Assembly (NCBI RefSeq): GCF_021869535.1 | Contig: NW_026262668.1 | Span: 30,628,001 to 30,692,000, forward strand | DNA: 64,000 nucleotides | Reading direction: 5' to 3' | DNA from: Mytilus californianus | Lineage: Eukaryota | Part shown: positions 13,001 to 26,190 of the stretch, in pieces | How the letters are laid out: every line of letters begins with the position of its first letter | Numbering within the stretch: position 1 is the first letter of the stretch | Made by a program: the position numbers and the translations under genes | The notes under the pieces: model-generated | The model's database searches: none | What the model was told of the DNA's origin: nothing | Seen by the model: only the letters and a program-made list of their open reading frames with translations

Positions 13001-16000
13001 GATCTCAATAACTTACTAAAACTAAATTAAATAAAATAAAAACCAAGTTTAAACAATGATATCAGTGTGACATTGAAATAACATTCTAAAGGAAAAACAA
13101 ATTAAAAATATATGTATGCTCGGTATCAAATGTTTTCGACTTCAAATACTAAAAATCTCTGAGAGCATCAACATTTGACAACTATTCGAAAATCTGCAAT
13201 CTATGATGCATAGAAACAGTTGAAGAATATTGACACCAATCATCATCTTGACGTCATCTGTACTCATTTTATATCAGATCAATAATGCAGGAAAAGGAAA
13301 CATGGGTAATGTAATGGCGACATCAGCAGCTACTCTAGACGATACAATGAACACCAACTTCAAATCGAGTTATAATTTGTCCAGGCTGTGTGTTCCACAT
13401 CTCATTACAACTCAAGGTGAGTACAGATCACTAACTTTAAATCGAGTTATAATTTGTCTAGGCTGTGTGTTCCACATCTCATTACAACTCAAGGTGAGTA
13501 CAAATAGCAAATTCTCTAAACCGAAAAAAGCTCTATACGGATTTTTAACGTGAGGGCTGATACATTACGTGTATTATATATTATATAGTCCTCCATTTGG
13601 TCTATATGGTTCTCATAAGGCGAACACGCGAAATTGCCGCATCCGCCCAAAAGAAAAAAAGAGACAATAATAACATTTAATGTTTTTAGATAGATTACAC
13701 CGAGACAGCAGTATGTTTTAAAGCTAATTATTCCAAACTTTTGTTGACTTTCTCCTACTTAATTTGTTTACGTTCATGTATGCCATTTTTGCAAGATTTC
13801 ACCACTAGACAATTAGTACTATTTAATTTATAGTCGGGTTTTCACAAGCCACAACTCTGAAACTGCAAAATGGCACATAATTATAAGAGTTTCATTTGAA
13901 AACAAATAACGTATCACAACCATTGTTAGATTCGAATTTCTTAAAACACACCTGAACGTCACATACGTTATTTATCCACAATTTTCTTTGGAAAATGCCT
14001 GTACCAATATATGACAGTTGTTATGCATTTGTTCCGTTGGTTGATAAAGGCTAACAGTATTTATTGACTTCCCCATTTTTAAATTTACCTTGGAGGTCGG
14101 TATTTTTGTTGATACTTTTATACGTCATTTACTGGTTTTCTTTTTAGAAAATTAGTAAATATAAAATTATGACTTGTCATTATCTTTTTTTTTTTTTACT
14201 TTTTAGGATCCATCGTGAATGTTTCTAGTGTATTAGGACAACGTGCAGTGAGTACATTGATATATACATGTATAGTGTCTATTGAAGCAACTCACACCTA
14301 ACAATTAACGTAAAAGTAAAAAGGGGCGTGTTCACATTAAAAATAATGCCATTGGGTAAAGTGGTTAATCCATGTTATCGTAACAACACTATCATGAAAA
14401 TGAAGCAGAGAAAATTTTATACAAATAGTTACAGTCTACTGGAAACCGACAAATTTTCGCTAGAGAAAAATTGGGCGAATGTAAATAGTCGGAAATATGT
14501 CAAACTTTGATCTTCTCTAATATAAAAATATACAAAAAAAAAAAAATCCCGCAATCAATCGCCGCAGAGTCGGTTCGAAAGGTCTGTTAAATTATGAAAA
14601 AGGGTATTCGAAAATGATTTGGTTAACAGTTCATGAGCATCGACAGGTAAGCATCTCCTGCTATGTAAACACGAACGGCATATGATTTCATGCTCGTATC
14701 ATGTAGCATTTGACATACAGAGAGGTGAAACATGATGAACGATCGTATAGACATGTGAGATTTATGACATAGTAACAGAAACATGACGTATTCAAAGACC
14801 ACCAGCGTTCATAGATTTTTGTAACAATCGGTTATTTCATGGAATTATAAGATATCTTGTGTTACTATTATGGTACTCATTCCTTTAGCACGTTTAGTTT
14901 TTTCAAAATTATATATTTTTATAATATTATACATGATACATACACGAAAAACACATGACTTCATTATTTTTGTGCTATAAACACAATGTAGAACGCATAC
15001 CAGTCGACTGGCATAAAACATCTATACGAGCCTCTGGGTCTAAATTAGAAATTAAAAGAAAATTTTAAAAACTCAGTTATCGACCTTTCATCTCAAATTC
15101 CAGGGTTCTGCTCCATGTTTGGAATCTACGACAAGATGAATCATAAAGTTTCGATATTTCTCTAAACATTCATGCTTGATGAAATTAAACGTGGAGGTAA
15201 ATTGGTCCATTAAAGTTGAGAGCCACCCTTACGTGCATGTCGCTGCACTATTTGTATATTTTTCACCTTTTTATAACTCGTTATGTTAATTGAAGAACCT
15301 TTGTGAGCAGGCTCACATACCCCACGCCCCACATTGTTACTGAGCAAACGAAATCTCATCAGATTCCTGAGTTCAAAGATTCATAACTCCTACAACGGAC
15401 TGACGGACAGACAGACGGACGGGACACAATCATTATACCCTATGAACTTTGTTTCGTGGGGTATAATTATCGTGCTTGTTGCAATTTTTCATCATATTTA
15501 TATTTTCTATTACAATTCTACACAAGAATGTACTTTTATTTGGGCAGTGCAGAAACTTATATTTTTTATTCTATCACAAACAAGTTTTTTTTATAAAAAA
15601 ATCACCACCTATTTTTGTGCTATTGCCAAATCAGATTATCCGTGCTTTGGTCCATATAGTACAGCATAATTTGGTATTGAAGACAGACCCGTGGAAGTCT
15701 CTGTTAAATTCATTTAAAACAATTATTATAGACAAAAGAGTAGGACAATGTATATTTATGAAATAACACTTGAATGTTAACCTCTAGATGTCTTTTTTGT
15801 TTTATTGTGTTCGGTTTATGTCTCTTTGACGTATAACTAACTTCTCATTTTATAATAGTGTCACGTGATAGTAGCATTATTTTATTTCTAATTTGCAGGC
15901 TCCTAATCTTTCTGCTTATTGTATTGCAAAAGCTGCTTTGGATATGTTCACACGATTGTTAGCCTTAGGTATGCGTTACATTATTTATTCTCCCACTGCA

Positions 16001-19000
16001 GGTTTTATAAAGTTAAGAAGATTTGGTATAATTGCCAATGAGACAACTCTCCACCAGAGACCAAATGATATAGACGTTAACAACTATAGGTCACCGTACG
16101 GCTTGCAACAATGAACAAAACCCATACCGCATAGACAGCTATAAAAGGCCGCGAAATGACAAATGTAAAACAATTCAAATGAGAAAACTAACGGCCTGAT
16201 TTATGTAGAAAACAATGAACGAAATACAAATATGATATACAGCAACAAACGGCAACCACTGAATAACAGGCTCCTGACTTGGGACAGGCACATACAGAAT
16301 GTGGCGGGGTTAATCATGTTAGCGGGCGCCCAACCCTCCCCTAAACTGTGAGAGTGGTGTAACAGTACAACATATGAACAAACTATAAAAATCAGTTGAA
16401 AAGGGCTTAATCATCAGATTGATATAAAGCTTAAAAACAAGTAACAGAAACACAGACCGGACGTTGCAGGGTATTTATACATCCCAACAACAAAAAAGAC
16501 ACTAAGTGCAGATCTGAGAGTACTTGCAGTTACAGCTATGGTTCAAAGCCAATAACAACTGATAGATTTAAGACTAAATGAAATGAAACCATGTTTAAAT
16601 GTACATATCATATCATCACTTCAATTTATTGTGCTCGGCATCTCTATCAGGACAATTCAACATAAAAAAGCAAGATCCTGTTATCAAATACAACATTTTA
16701 CAAAAAAGTGAAGTATCCCTCGAATGACATCATATTCGATTCCCTTAATTGCATATGTGAAACTGAGGTTCAAACTTCCTCAGGCAAAGTTGACCTTAAA
16801 TGAATTTGGTTATTATGTTTAGGTCCCTTTTGATCATATACCTCTTCGCGTGTTCCGCTACTTATACATCCTTGGCTTTCAAATATTTGGCATTGAGTGT
16901 TCCTGATGAAGGCAAATCCAGAAAATTTATAAAGTGTTATTTCATTTATAAATAGACAGTTCTTGATATCTCCCTGTTCGTAATGGTATACGTTACCTAT
17001 ACATTACAGTTCTAATTCAAGCAATTATCTATAAGAAGAAAGATAACTAGGTTTGCCTTGCGTAAAACTTGTATTTTATGAACAACGTATCGGCTACGTA
17101 TGATTTACATATATATTGCAATGTTGCTCTTGTCTTTAACTCTATTAATAAAGACGTCCACGATATTAGTTATAATACTTTACTTATAAATCAGATCTAT
17201 GAGTAAATTTATTTTTTGGTAAACGGCGCAGGAGATAATTCAATTATAATCATGTTGCGTCCCCATTTACAAATGTACAAATAGGTTTGATAAATTCGAT
17301 ACTTACGTTGAGTATAAATTGTACAAGTTATGACGACAAAGGTCCTGACATCTATAAGTGCATGTTAAAGCGCGTTATAACTTTTTTATATTATCTTTGT
17401 CTTAATGATTCAATTACTTAATCAAATTGATACATTTCAAACAAAAACCTTCTTTAATGTAAAAATGTATTTACAGAACTGGCTCCTCAGAAAGTACGGG
17501 TTAACTCAGTCAAGTAAGTATTATATTTCTATCAATCTGACTATTTACCAATTTGAAAATATATATAGAACATGGCATAGTATGAAATGCACAATTATGT
17601 ATGCTTTATGTAACACAAGAAAGACAGAAATCAGACCCCCTGGTCATAAGGGGGACAAAAGACGATAAGACAAACAACCGACTACCAAATACTACGCAAC
17701 ACAGTACGTTCTTCAAACTCCACCAAAAACCGGCATACCGGATGGATAAGTACCACTGATACTCCCGTCGTTTTTTCTTTTATTATGGAATGCCATAATT
17801 TATAGCATATTGATAGAAGTCTCGCGTCTAACATCCTACATTTGCGATTTATGAAGAATCGACATCACAGGTAAAAAATCGGATGGAAAATCGTACCGTG
17901 TAAACGCACCTTAAGACGTTATCAAATTCATAATTAATACGTTTGATCCATATCATTTCCATTACCAGAAATACTCTTTTACTATACGCTGATTTCTCAC
18001 GTCATTTAAACGTTTTATGGGCTAACTGAATCCCTGTATCTTTGAACTGATAAAGTAATTGTGACTGCTTGACATTTTTCATACACTGGTCTTTATTTTC
18101 TTATGTACATAATCCAACCCTGCATAATGAAATATATTATTGCATCATTTAAAAAAAACAGTTATCGAAGCAGTCATAAGGAAGTCATTCCCAATAGAAT
18201 ATTCATCCCTTAGCTCAACGTACCAGTTGAAGTAGATTTTATGCCCAACAAACGCACAAATGACGTAAAAAAACCTCACCTCAAACCAAACACTTTGACG
18301 GAAAGATAACGATTGGAATCAAGCGTATTGTTGCATGGAAATAGGCTAACCTTATAACAAGACCGAAAGTAAAGTTATAATAAATATACAGAAAGATTTT
18401 AAGACAAAGGAATGAGAAGACCATGAACGATTGAAACCACACTTACATTGGAAGGTGAATTACCAACCACAACAAACAGAGTTGATCCAACAATTTACAT
18501 GTATTTAACTGTGCCAAATATTACAAGAAGCTGGACAATTATTTCAAATTACTAGTACATTTTCTAATTCTGATATCAAAATTAAACTGTTTCTATGTTC
18601 AAACAAACATTTTTGTTTTATTCTTATACACATATGTTTCAAAAGATTGTCCAGGGAGAGTTAAAAACCAAAGAAAGAATTTCTCACGACCTCATTCACC
18701 ATTTTATAATGGTTGCACAGAGTTCCATAAAACAAATACTTGCGAACGCATAATTTACCATAGCATGGACTATTTTTTTTGTGATTTCATGTGAATCATT
18801 TTACCAATTATTGCATGCACATGCATCTGGATAACATGGTACCAATAAATTGTGAGTATCCGAATTTAAAAGAAAATACTTGATTATTAATGTTATTGTA
18901 TGGCCAATATGAAATTCAGCTGTATCAAAACGGTTCCTTTTTATGTAATTTCTATAATAACTCATTTATTTTTGCAGTCCGGGATTTATTATGACATCAT

Positions 19001-20702
19001 TCGCAGATAATGCTGGATGGACAAACGATATGAAAGAAAAGGTAAGTAAAAAAAAAAAACTCTAACTGAAATACAGGGCCGCTTATAATTTTGTACACGG
19101 TCACCAGACGTGCGTTCCGTCTACATAAAACTCAGTGAAAAAATCAGTGACACTCGAACAAAAAAAATCTCAAATAAAGTACGAAATTGAAAAGTATTGG
19201 GGACCCCAAATTCCGAAAGATTATTCCAAATACAGTTCACGTTATCTTTTCCTCTGGTAGAAAATCCTAAGAATTTCGAAAAATTAAAAGACATGTAAAC
19301 AGTTCATTTACAAATTAAAACAACTGTTTTACTATGATCAATGTAATTCATCGTAAACCAGGTATACATAATTATATGACTGATAACCCGATAGATTTTT
19401 CGAATTACGAATAGAATTACCTATAAAAATAAGAAGATGTGGTATGATTGCCAATGAGACAACTCTCCACAAGAGACCAAATGACACAGAAATTAACAAC
19501 TATAGGTCACCGTACGGCCTTCAACAACGAGCAAAAACCATACCGCATAGTCAGCTGTAAAACAAATGAACGAAAAACAAAATATGAGACACAGAAACAA
19601 AAGACAACCACTGAATTACAGGCTCCTGACTTGGGACAGGCACATACAGAATGTATATGATGGGGATTCATTGGACATCTATTATACACGAGTAATATCG
19701 ACCAAACAAACAAATTGTTTAATAGTTTTGCACAGTAAACACTCAATTGGTTGCTGGTCAACATTTTAAAAGCAATTGAACTATAAATATTCAGATGAAA
19801 TAAATAACATTTACGGTACCAATTTAACTTCATAAGATGCGCATCTCGAAGAGATGATAAAACCAAAAGGGACAAAAAGTAAAGCCAAACAAGGACAAAG
19901 AACCAGAGCTACGCATGAGTGAGATACATTCCTTTAAATTAAAATTATCTTCAAATTTTAATTAAACAATATCCGTATTTTCATGGTTACTTGATTACTG
20001 TAATATCACCTCTTAAAACGGGGTTTGTTGTTAAATCTAGGTGGTCAACACCTTTGTAAAATCACTTGGATAATGGACTGCTAGTCCGGTACAAAGTCCG
20101 AAACTGTGGTAACGTCCTCCTTACTACGCTGCGTTGATTTTAGGTTTAGCGAAGCAACGTCACCCCTGTTTCGGAGTTTTGAGTCCGGTAGACCTTGAGA
20201 GCATCTTCAGCTCAGAAGTCAGTGATTTGGTACGCACATAGTTTTCGTTTAACTTTCTTTAATTCCCCATTGACAAATTTAGAATTTATTAGGAAACTGA
20301 TAAAGTTAACCTTTTGTGGAGCTGGCTATTTGTATATCCTTTTGGTCATATAGCTATTTAAGCATTAAGCATTCTTAGCTTTACATGTTTGGGGTTTTAG
20401 CGTTCCTCGTGAAGGTAAATCCGCTGTGAACGCACCACATAAGTAAAGTTTCATTTTTTTTTTCAATGTTATTAATGTTTTGCTTACTGTTAAGTGAATT
20501 GACTAGTTTCATTGGTTAGCTTTTAAAAAAATTTTATTTTCAGTATCTCGAGCGGTTGAAAGTGATACAACCTCTTGGTGGTGCGGGCAAACCGGAAGAC
20601 GTCGCCAAGGCAATACGATTTCTGGCATCTGATGAATCATCATTTACTACCGGACATTTGCTATTTGTCGATTCTGGACGACATGGTGCAATTCCATCAT
20701 AA
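4052..20702 (+). CDS. SDR copy A, classical SDR (FabG-like, probably NADP(H)-preferring), 9 coding exons, 259 aa
   Basis: join(4052-4088,9555-9694,12783-12875,13278-13416,14207-14247,15899-15968,17477-17513,18978-19041,20544-20702) = 780 nt, all GT-AG with consistent phases. Motifs: TGASSGIG, VVLAAR (basic residue after beta2), INNAG, VSS, YCIAK (YxxxK), [25 protein letters not shown]. Confidence 0.88.
5358..5865 (-). mobile_element. HINE-like element with ~162-bp internal repeats
   Basis: Inverted repeat atacgcccgtc (5383-5393) / gacgggcgtat (5850-5860); 20-bp palindrome cccgtcaaaattttgacggg (5836-5855); (GACA/GACG) microsatellite at about 5775-5812; repeated gagatacggcgcgacatgtgaa. Confidence 0.75.
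8202..8236 (+). pseudogene. SDR exon 1b, frameshifted duplicate of exon 1
   Basis: ATG GCG TCT TTA CAG GAC A GTC ACC...: 35 nt instead of 37 (GAC AAA GTC reduced to GAC A GTC); the GTAAAT donor is retained. Confidence 0.9.
8870..9255 (-). repeat. Interspersed repeat family A copy in intron 1 of copy A
   Basis: Same diagnostic blocks as the 1390 copy; not seen at the equivalent place in copy B. Confidence 0.8.
9555..9694 (+). CDS. SDR copy A exon 2 (Rossmann GxxxGxG)
   Basis: ttcag|GT GCA AGT TCG GGT ATT GGA ... AAT GAT|gtaagt. Confidence 0.95.
11378..11590 (+). repeat. Interspersed repeat family C copy
   Basis: agagaggcaaaagatacc...gaaaactaaagactgagcaac...gaagggt..atcctgctcc; related copies at 44670 (-), 57330 and 62191. 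Confidence 0.8.
12783..12875 (+). CDS. SDR copy A exon 3
   Basis: ccag|ILVIPCDVTNDDNLKTLVDETVKKFGRIDVL|gtatgt. Confidence 0.95.
13278..13416 (+). CDS. SDR copy A exon 4 (NNAG)
   Basis: tcag|INNAGKGNMG...PHLITTQ-G|gtgagt; its 3' end is tandemly duplicated, giving a second donor after 13493. Confidence 0.93.
14207..14247 (+). CDS. SDR copy A exon 5 (catalytic Ser)
   Basis: tttag|GSIVNVSSVLGQRA|gtgagt. Confidence 0.93.
15296..15468 (-). mobile_element. Internally deleted HINE-like element, same family as 37207-37700
   Basis: Reverse complement matches 37590-37700; retains the ataccccacg inverted repeat and the GACG/GACA microsatellite. Confidence 0.7.
15899..15968 (+). CDS. SDR copy A exon 6 (YxxxK)
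   Basis: tgcag|APNLSAYCIAKAALDMFTRLLAL-|gtatgc. Confidence 0.95.
16008..16625 (+). repeat. Interspersed repeat family A copy in intron 6 of copy A
   Basis: aagaagatttggtataattgccaatgagacaactctcc...ggctcctgacttgggacaggc. Confidence 0.8.
17477..17513 (+). CDS. SDR copy A exon 7
   Basis: ttacag|ELAPQKVRVNSVN|gtaagt. Confidence 0.93.
18978..19041 (+). CDS. SDR copy A exon 8
   Basis: tgcag|PGFIMTSFADNAGWTNDMKEK|gtaagt. Confidence 0.93.
19424..19655 (+). repeat. Interspersed repeat family A, internally deleted copy
   Basis: ataaaaataagaagatgtggtatgattgccaatgagac... through ggacaggcacatacagaatg. Confidence 0.8.
20092..20181. mobile_element. 90-bp MITE with 9-bp TSD (Mutator-type TSD length)
   Basis: TIRs caaagtccgaaac / gtttcggagttttg; TSD agtccggta at 20083-20091 and 20182-20190; same family as 38525-38619. 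Confidence 0.85.
20544..20702 (+). CDS. SDR copy A exon 9 (terminal)
   Basis: tcag|[55 protein letters not shown]; ATTAAA at 20718 and AATAAA at 20828 are possible polyA signals. Confidence 0.95.
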   Translation, partial: YLERLKVIQPLGGAGKPEDVAKAIRFLASDESSFTTGHLLFVDSGRHGAIPS

Positions 20703-21199
20703 CATTTAATTTTATTTATTAAAAGCATTCACAATTTATGGAATAGAATGTTACTCCTTAACAACATTTATGAAAACAGACTTATGGTCAAAGTAACATT
20801 ATTTTCATAATGAGGTCTTTTTTAAATAATAAAACAATTATATAAAGATTAGCATCTGTCTTCTTCTCATCAAATGATCCCGTGAATTGAATGGATTAAA
20901 GTCGGTGACAGAAATACTAGGCATGTGTACATTCATAATGTCATTCAGTGTGGCAATCTCCGTACAGCGCTCGTTTCCGTTCCGTATACTCAGTACACTA
21001 CGCGTACACTACAGGGAAAACGGTAGTATTCATTCTTCCATAGGCGACAATACTAAAATTACCACTTTTATAATGAAAACCTGGACAAAACAGTTATGTG
21101 TGGTATTAGTACTTTATTATTCTGTTTTAGAAATTGAAGTCAAATAGTATCATGACTATATTCCAACGGAGCTTGTTTATGGTATCCATGCATGCTCAC

Positions 21200-22210
21200 C
21201 GTCATTTTACATAAAATTTATGAAAATTTGGAAGTCTTTTCGAATAATTCTCAAGAAGATATTTCAATGGGTTTCAAAATTTATATTGTAAATATACACA
21301 CTGCAGGTATTCATAAAAAAATTAAAAAAATATATTGTACTTTTATATGGGTGTGACATTTGGGGATATTTTAATACCTTTACTGCGCGTTTAAAAAAGA
21401 AACCATATCGGTGAATACAATTTACTCTAGGATATTTTGAGAAAATCTACATATTAAATTCTGCAAGTATATTTTAGGTGTTCATAGAAAAAGTACAAAT
21501 TTTGCAATTTTGTCTGAATTATGACGTTTTCCACTGCATTATGACATAGTCAAACATGTTTTAGGATATTGGCATCGTTTAGAAAATATTGGTTCCTCAT
21601 TTCCCTTGTTAAAAGCTGCATATGACTGTTCTAGAAAGCTATTTCAAACAACAAAAAAGCCTGCTTGGTATGGATCAATTAATGTTTTAAAGGGAAAAAT
21701 GTCAGGTATAGAAAACCATATACCGGCAAAATATTCAACATTTAAATTACACTGTGTTTAGATTGTTAAGGGATACTAACTATACTGCATTATTGGAAAA
21801 AAACAGCTAGATATACATAAAGATGGTAAACGACGAACTTATGTAACATTCAAGTGTAGTTTTGGTTTTGAAAATTATTTGTCAATAATGCGACTTTTTG
21901 AGCAAAGGAAATGTATTACTAGATTAAGAATATCTGCTCACAAATTGCAAATTGAATCTGGCAGATACCAGGGTACTCTTCGACAAAACCGAATTTGTCT
22001 CAGGTGAGGTTGAAGATGAAGTTCTTTTTTTAATTAAATGTGACACCCATTTATTAAAAAGTGAGGAATTGATGCAAAGTATATTAAAATCGTGTCCAAA
22101 CTTTCAATATTTACATACTTACAACAAATTAATTTGGATAATGAATAATGAAGATCCCAATGTACTATTTGCATTTTATAAATATACAAAAGATACTAAT
22201 CATTAAAGGC
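21200..22210 (+). mobile_element. Decayed LINE ORF2 3' fragment
   Basis: Frameshifted LLYGCDIWG, KFCKYILGVHRKSTNFAILSE, RLRISAHKLQIESGRY..RIC..VEDE..C; homologous to the C-terminus of the LINE at 30076-32639. Confidence 0.85.
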
Positions 22211-22605
22211 AAACATAATCTGCAATAACTAATTTCAATTTAACTCTTCAATAGGAGTTTGAGCCTGCACTGATCATAAGAAGAATTTTATATTCTGTGG
22301 CACCGTTCCTTGATGATCGTTGCTGGTTAGACACAGAATCTATAATCTTAAAATAATATTTTTTTAAATATTCTTTTTTAATTATTTAGGAGTTTGACTC
22401 ATCTGCATTAAGTACAAGTAGGGACTTCCCTTTAATCATCGACTCTTGTTGCTTACTGCAGATTAGTCATATTATCCTTTATGCAATGTTATTTGCAGTA
22501 TACCTCATAGTTTAATGTGTGGGTTTTATATACAGATTTCTCCGCACTAACTACTTAAGCCTACTGTCTATTTAATATATAATACAACCTGTTAATGGCA
22601 CATAA

Positions 22606-25600
22606 TTGTCAGATCACTTGACAAACACAGAAATTTCTGCACTGACAACAGAAAATATAGCTGTAACATTGACACCAAACAATGAAACACAAAATTTACA
22701 AAACACGGACACTCGGAAAATCAGTGACCAAATATCAAATCCCCAAGCTAGTAACCCACACTTTAATCAGTCTTTTCTTGAAATGGATGAAAGTGATGTC
22801 AGGAATTTCATAGATGGCCAACAAAATAAAAACACCGTGAAAAAAACTGCCTGTGATATGGGTCTGGTTTTTGGTTTCCTACAATTAATTATTGAAAACA
22901 GACTTCACCAAATTCAAACCTCAGAATTAGATGTTGTACTGGCAAATTTCTTGTTAACGGTCAGAAAAAAAGGATGGTAATGAAATGAATACGAGCCATC
23001 CTGACTGAGAGGAATTGTTGGAAGCATTGATAGAACTTTGAAATATCACAAATATGGACATACAATTATAACAGAGGACAATAATGATACAACATTCAAT
23101 CTAACCAGGAACGCATTAAAAGCCAAACAAGCAGCTTTAGAAAAGGAAGGAAAAGGAAACACACCAAAGCGTGCTGATCCATTGACTGATGATGAGATAA
23201 ATCTTTTATTTGAGAAAAATAGTCTTGCCAGCTCCAACCCACAAGCATTATTGAATATAATATGGCTTACCAACTCAATTCATTTTGGGTTACGAGGAGT
23301 CACTGAGCATTATACTTAGGTAAGCCTTAAAAAAACGAAAGAACAGAGTTCAAATGTCCCCCGCTTTGCACATATTTTATCTATCCAAGGTTCAAGGACA
23401 ATAACTAAAAAAGCACTTTTGTTTTGTTCTTTAAAACTTTTTATTAATTTCAATTTTTAAGAGAAATGTAGGCTTCAGAGCAAATGCAATGTGATTTCCA
23501 TTATAATTTATTTTTCCAAGGGGCATAACTCGTTAAACATATTTGATCAGAACTTATTTTCGAAAGTGTCAAAGACATTGCTGATATAAACCTATGATAT
23601 ATAAGTTTCATAAAATTAATTGAACACATGAGAGCGATAACATTGCAATTTTTCATATAAATCAATATTTTCAAGGGCATAACTCTTTTAAAAATAATTG
23701 ATCGGCACTGATTTTTGAACTCTTCAAGTACATTGATGATATAAACCTATAATATAAATTTCATGAAAATCTGGCAAGAATTGTACACATTAGAGCGCTC
23801 ATAAGACAATTTTCCATATAATTAATATTTCCAAGGGGCATAACTCTTTTGAAAATTATTGATTGGCACTGATTTTCAAATTCGTCCAAGACATTGCTAA
23901 TATAAAGCTATGATTTAAGTTTCATAAAATTCTGGCAAGAATTGTACAAATGAGAGCGCTAACAATGCAATTCTCCATATACTTTATATTTCCAAGGGGC
24001 ATAACTCTTTTGAAAATAATTGATCGGCACTGATTTTCAAACTCGTCCAAGACATTGCTAATATAAACCTATGATATAAGTTTCATAAAATTCTGGCAAG
24101 AATTGTACACGTGAGAGCGCTAACGATGCAATTTTCAATAAAATTAATGTTTCAAAGTGACATAACTCTTTTTAAAATAATTGATCAGCATTGATTTTCA
24201 AACTTGTCCAAGACATTGCTGATAAAGACCTATGATATAAGTTTCATAAAAATCTGGCAAGAATTGTACATGTGAGAGCGCTCACAAGACTGGACGGACG
24301 GACGCCCGGTATTTCCATGTCCCCCGCAACGGTTACGCGGGGGACAGCAAGCCAAAAAAATATGTGTGTTAACAAATTAGATATTTCACTGGCAGTATTT
24401 TTAACAGTAATCGCTGAACCATTTAACTACTTCTTTTAGGCAAAAAAGGATCAATTCCCAACTTGCAGCCATTCTTCCCGCCAAGAGTTGTCTTTCCATG
24501 TACGTAGTCGGTGTACACTTGGAACAAAAACAGACATTTTTTTTCCTCCAATCAAAAACATAAATTAGAGTATTCTGAAGGAAATCGGAAAACGCCCCAC
24601 TATTTGGCGTCATATTACAATTTGTATATAATATTTGGCACCTCTATGAAATTATTCGAGGTTTAATTTCTGATATATTTTGAAATTGTTTAAATTTTCT
24701 GTTGACAAATAAATCTTACAACGAATTTCAGTTTGTCACTCGGATCACTCGATCTTTATATTTAGGCAGCGGAGGAAAGTTGTGACGTCTTCAATTGTCC
24801 GGCACACCTACTATAAAGGGAAATAACTCTAACAAAAACATCTAAATTACGGATGCATCCCGTTCGCCATAAAGCGGGAATTATGAGTTATTAACTACAT
24901 GTATATTGTACAATTTATTTTTAAAGAAAAAAAGAAGAAATGTCCACATACGTGTATCTACATTGTACCCTACAAAGTTCACAGATGTAATTGTGAACAC
25001 ACACATACTTTTTTGCCATAAAAAAAATTTCAGTGATGGAAATGAATCAAAAATAACTAATAACAAAGAAAACTGATCTAATTCATTTTTAACACCATAA
25101 ATCATTTTTACAAATGTCTGAAAATGTATTTTTATCCAACTCTTTATATTCAATGTAAACATCAATATTAAAAGGGTTGCCAACAAATTCTGCATACATT
25201 AGAACTTGTTTGTTGCATCAATAATATTCTGCCCACACTTCACTTGAATTTCATGTGTAATATGTACATGTACGTCATATGTATATCAATCCATAATGCA
25301 CTCTTCAGTTCATTTTAAATACATTTCACATTTCTTCGGTTATCCGTTCGCATGCTATAGGTTATCTGATTACATCCAAATATAAACATATATTTCAAAT
25401 TTCAAATTGAGCATTCACAACATAATCAGTTGCTTATTACACAAACACAAAACACTTATATGAATCGAATAATGCAATGAGATCCACAAACACACATTTT
25501 CCTTCCTCTTCATATTCATTCACATGTAGCTGAAAACTCTTGTCAGACTGTATTCACCGCATTAATTGTTAATCAGGATACGCTTATCAGTACCAACCTG

Positions 25601-26190
25601 CAAAACAAACATGTCAGATATAATTTCAATAAATTGTATATATATAATGTTAAGTATTTTTCAAGATATTAAAATGTTTTTTTTTTTCAGATGGGGAGAT
25701 ATCACTGAACATAGATCATCTGATGGGACAAGATATTTCCAGTTGAATGAACGACAAACTAAAACACGTATAGGGGGTAATATTGCTGATGTTTGCGAAG
25801 TAGCACCAAACATGTATGAATATCCAGGGGACAGAAATCCTTTAGATTTTTATGACCTATATGGATCAAAGCGACCTTCAGACTTTAGTGCATCAGAAAG
25901 TCCCTTTTATATTGCGCCCAGGACAATACCCCTAGATGATCCTAGATGACAAAAATTATCTGAGAAGTGGTAGATCAAACAGAAAGTTGGGGAAAGAAAA
26001 ATTTATAATATAATGAAAATTATGAAAGAAAAGGGTGATTTAAACAAAGACAAAAGACTAACAAATCACAGTGCCAGAAAATAACTGGTGCAGAAGCTGC
26101 GCAAAAATGACATACAAAATACAGACATCATGCAGATTTCTGGTCATAAAAGTGTGACATCTGTGAATAATTACAGGGCGAAGATAAACA
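22606..26190 (+). mobile_element. Crypton-like (DUF3504-type) tyrosine recombinase relic, two exons, disrupted
   Basis: Exon to 23319 (NKNTVKKT...EYEP...GKGNTPKRADPL...HFGLRG), gtaag intron to ag at 25690, then RWGD...ERQTKTR...NHSAR (26064-26078)...SGHKS (26139-26153)...NNY (Tyr 26172-26174). Several stops and frameshifts. Confidence 0.85.
23335..24350 (-). mobile_element. HINE-like element with about 5 x 161-bp internal tandem repeats, inside the Crypton intron
   Basis: tgtcccccgc at 23355; terminal hairpin tgtcccccgc-aacggttac-gcgggggaca (24318-24346); GACG microsatellite at about 24290; cataactc motif recurs near 23522, 23677, 23838, 23999 and 24160. Confidence 0.8.

Noticed and set aside
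4052-20702. Bacterial fabG or a horizontally acquired operon
   Set aside because: Eight spliceosomal introns, Kozak context and no operon structure; the gene symbol is left blank because orthology cannot be judged.
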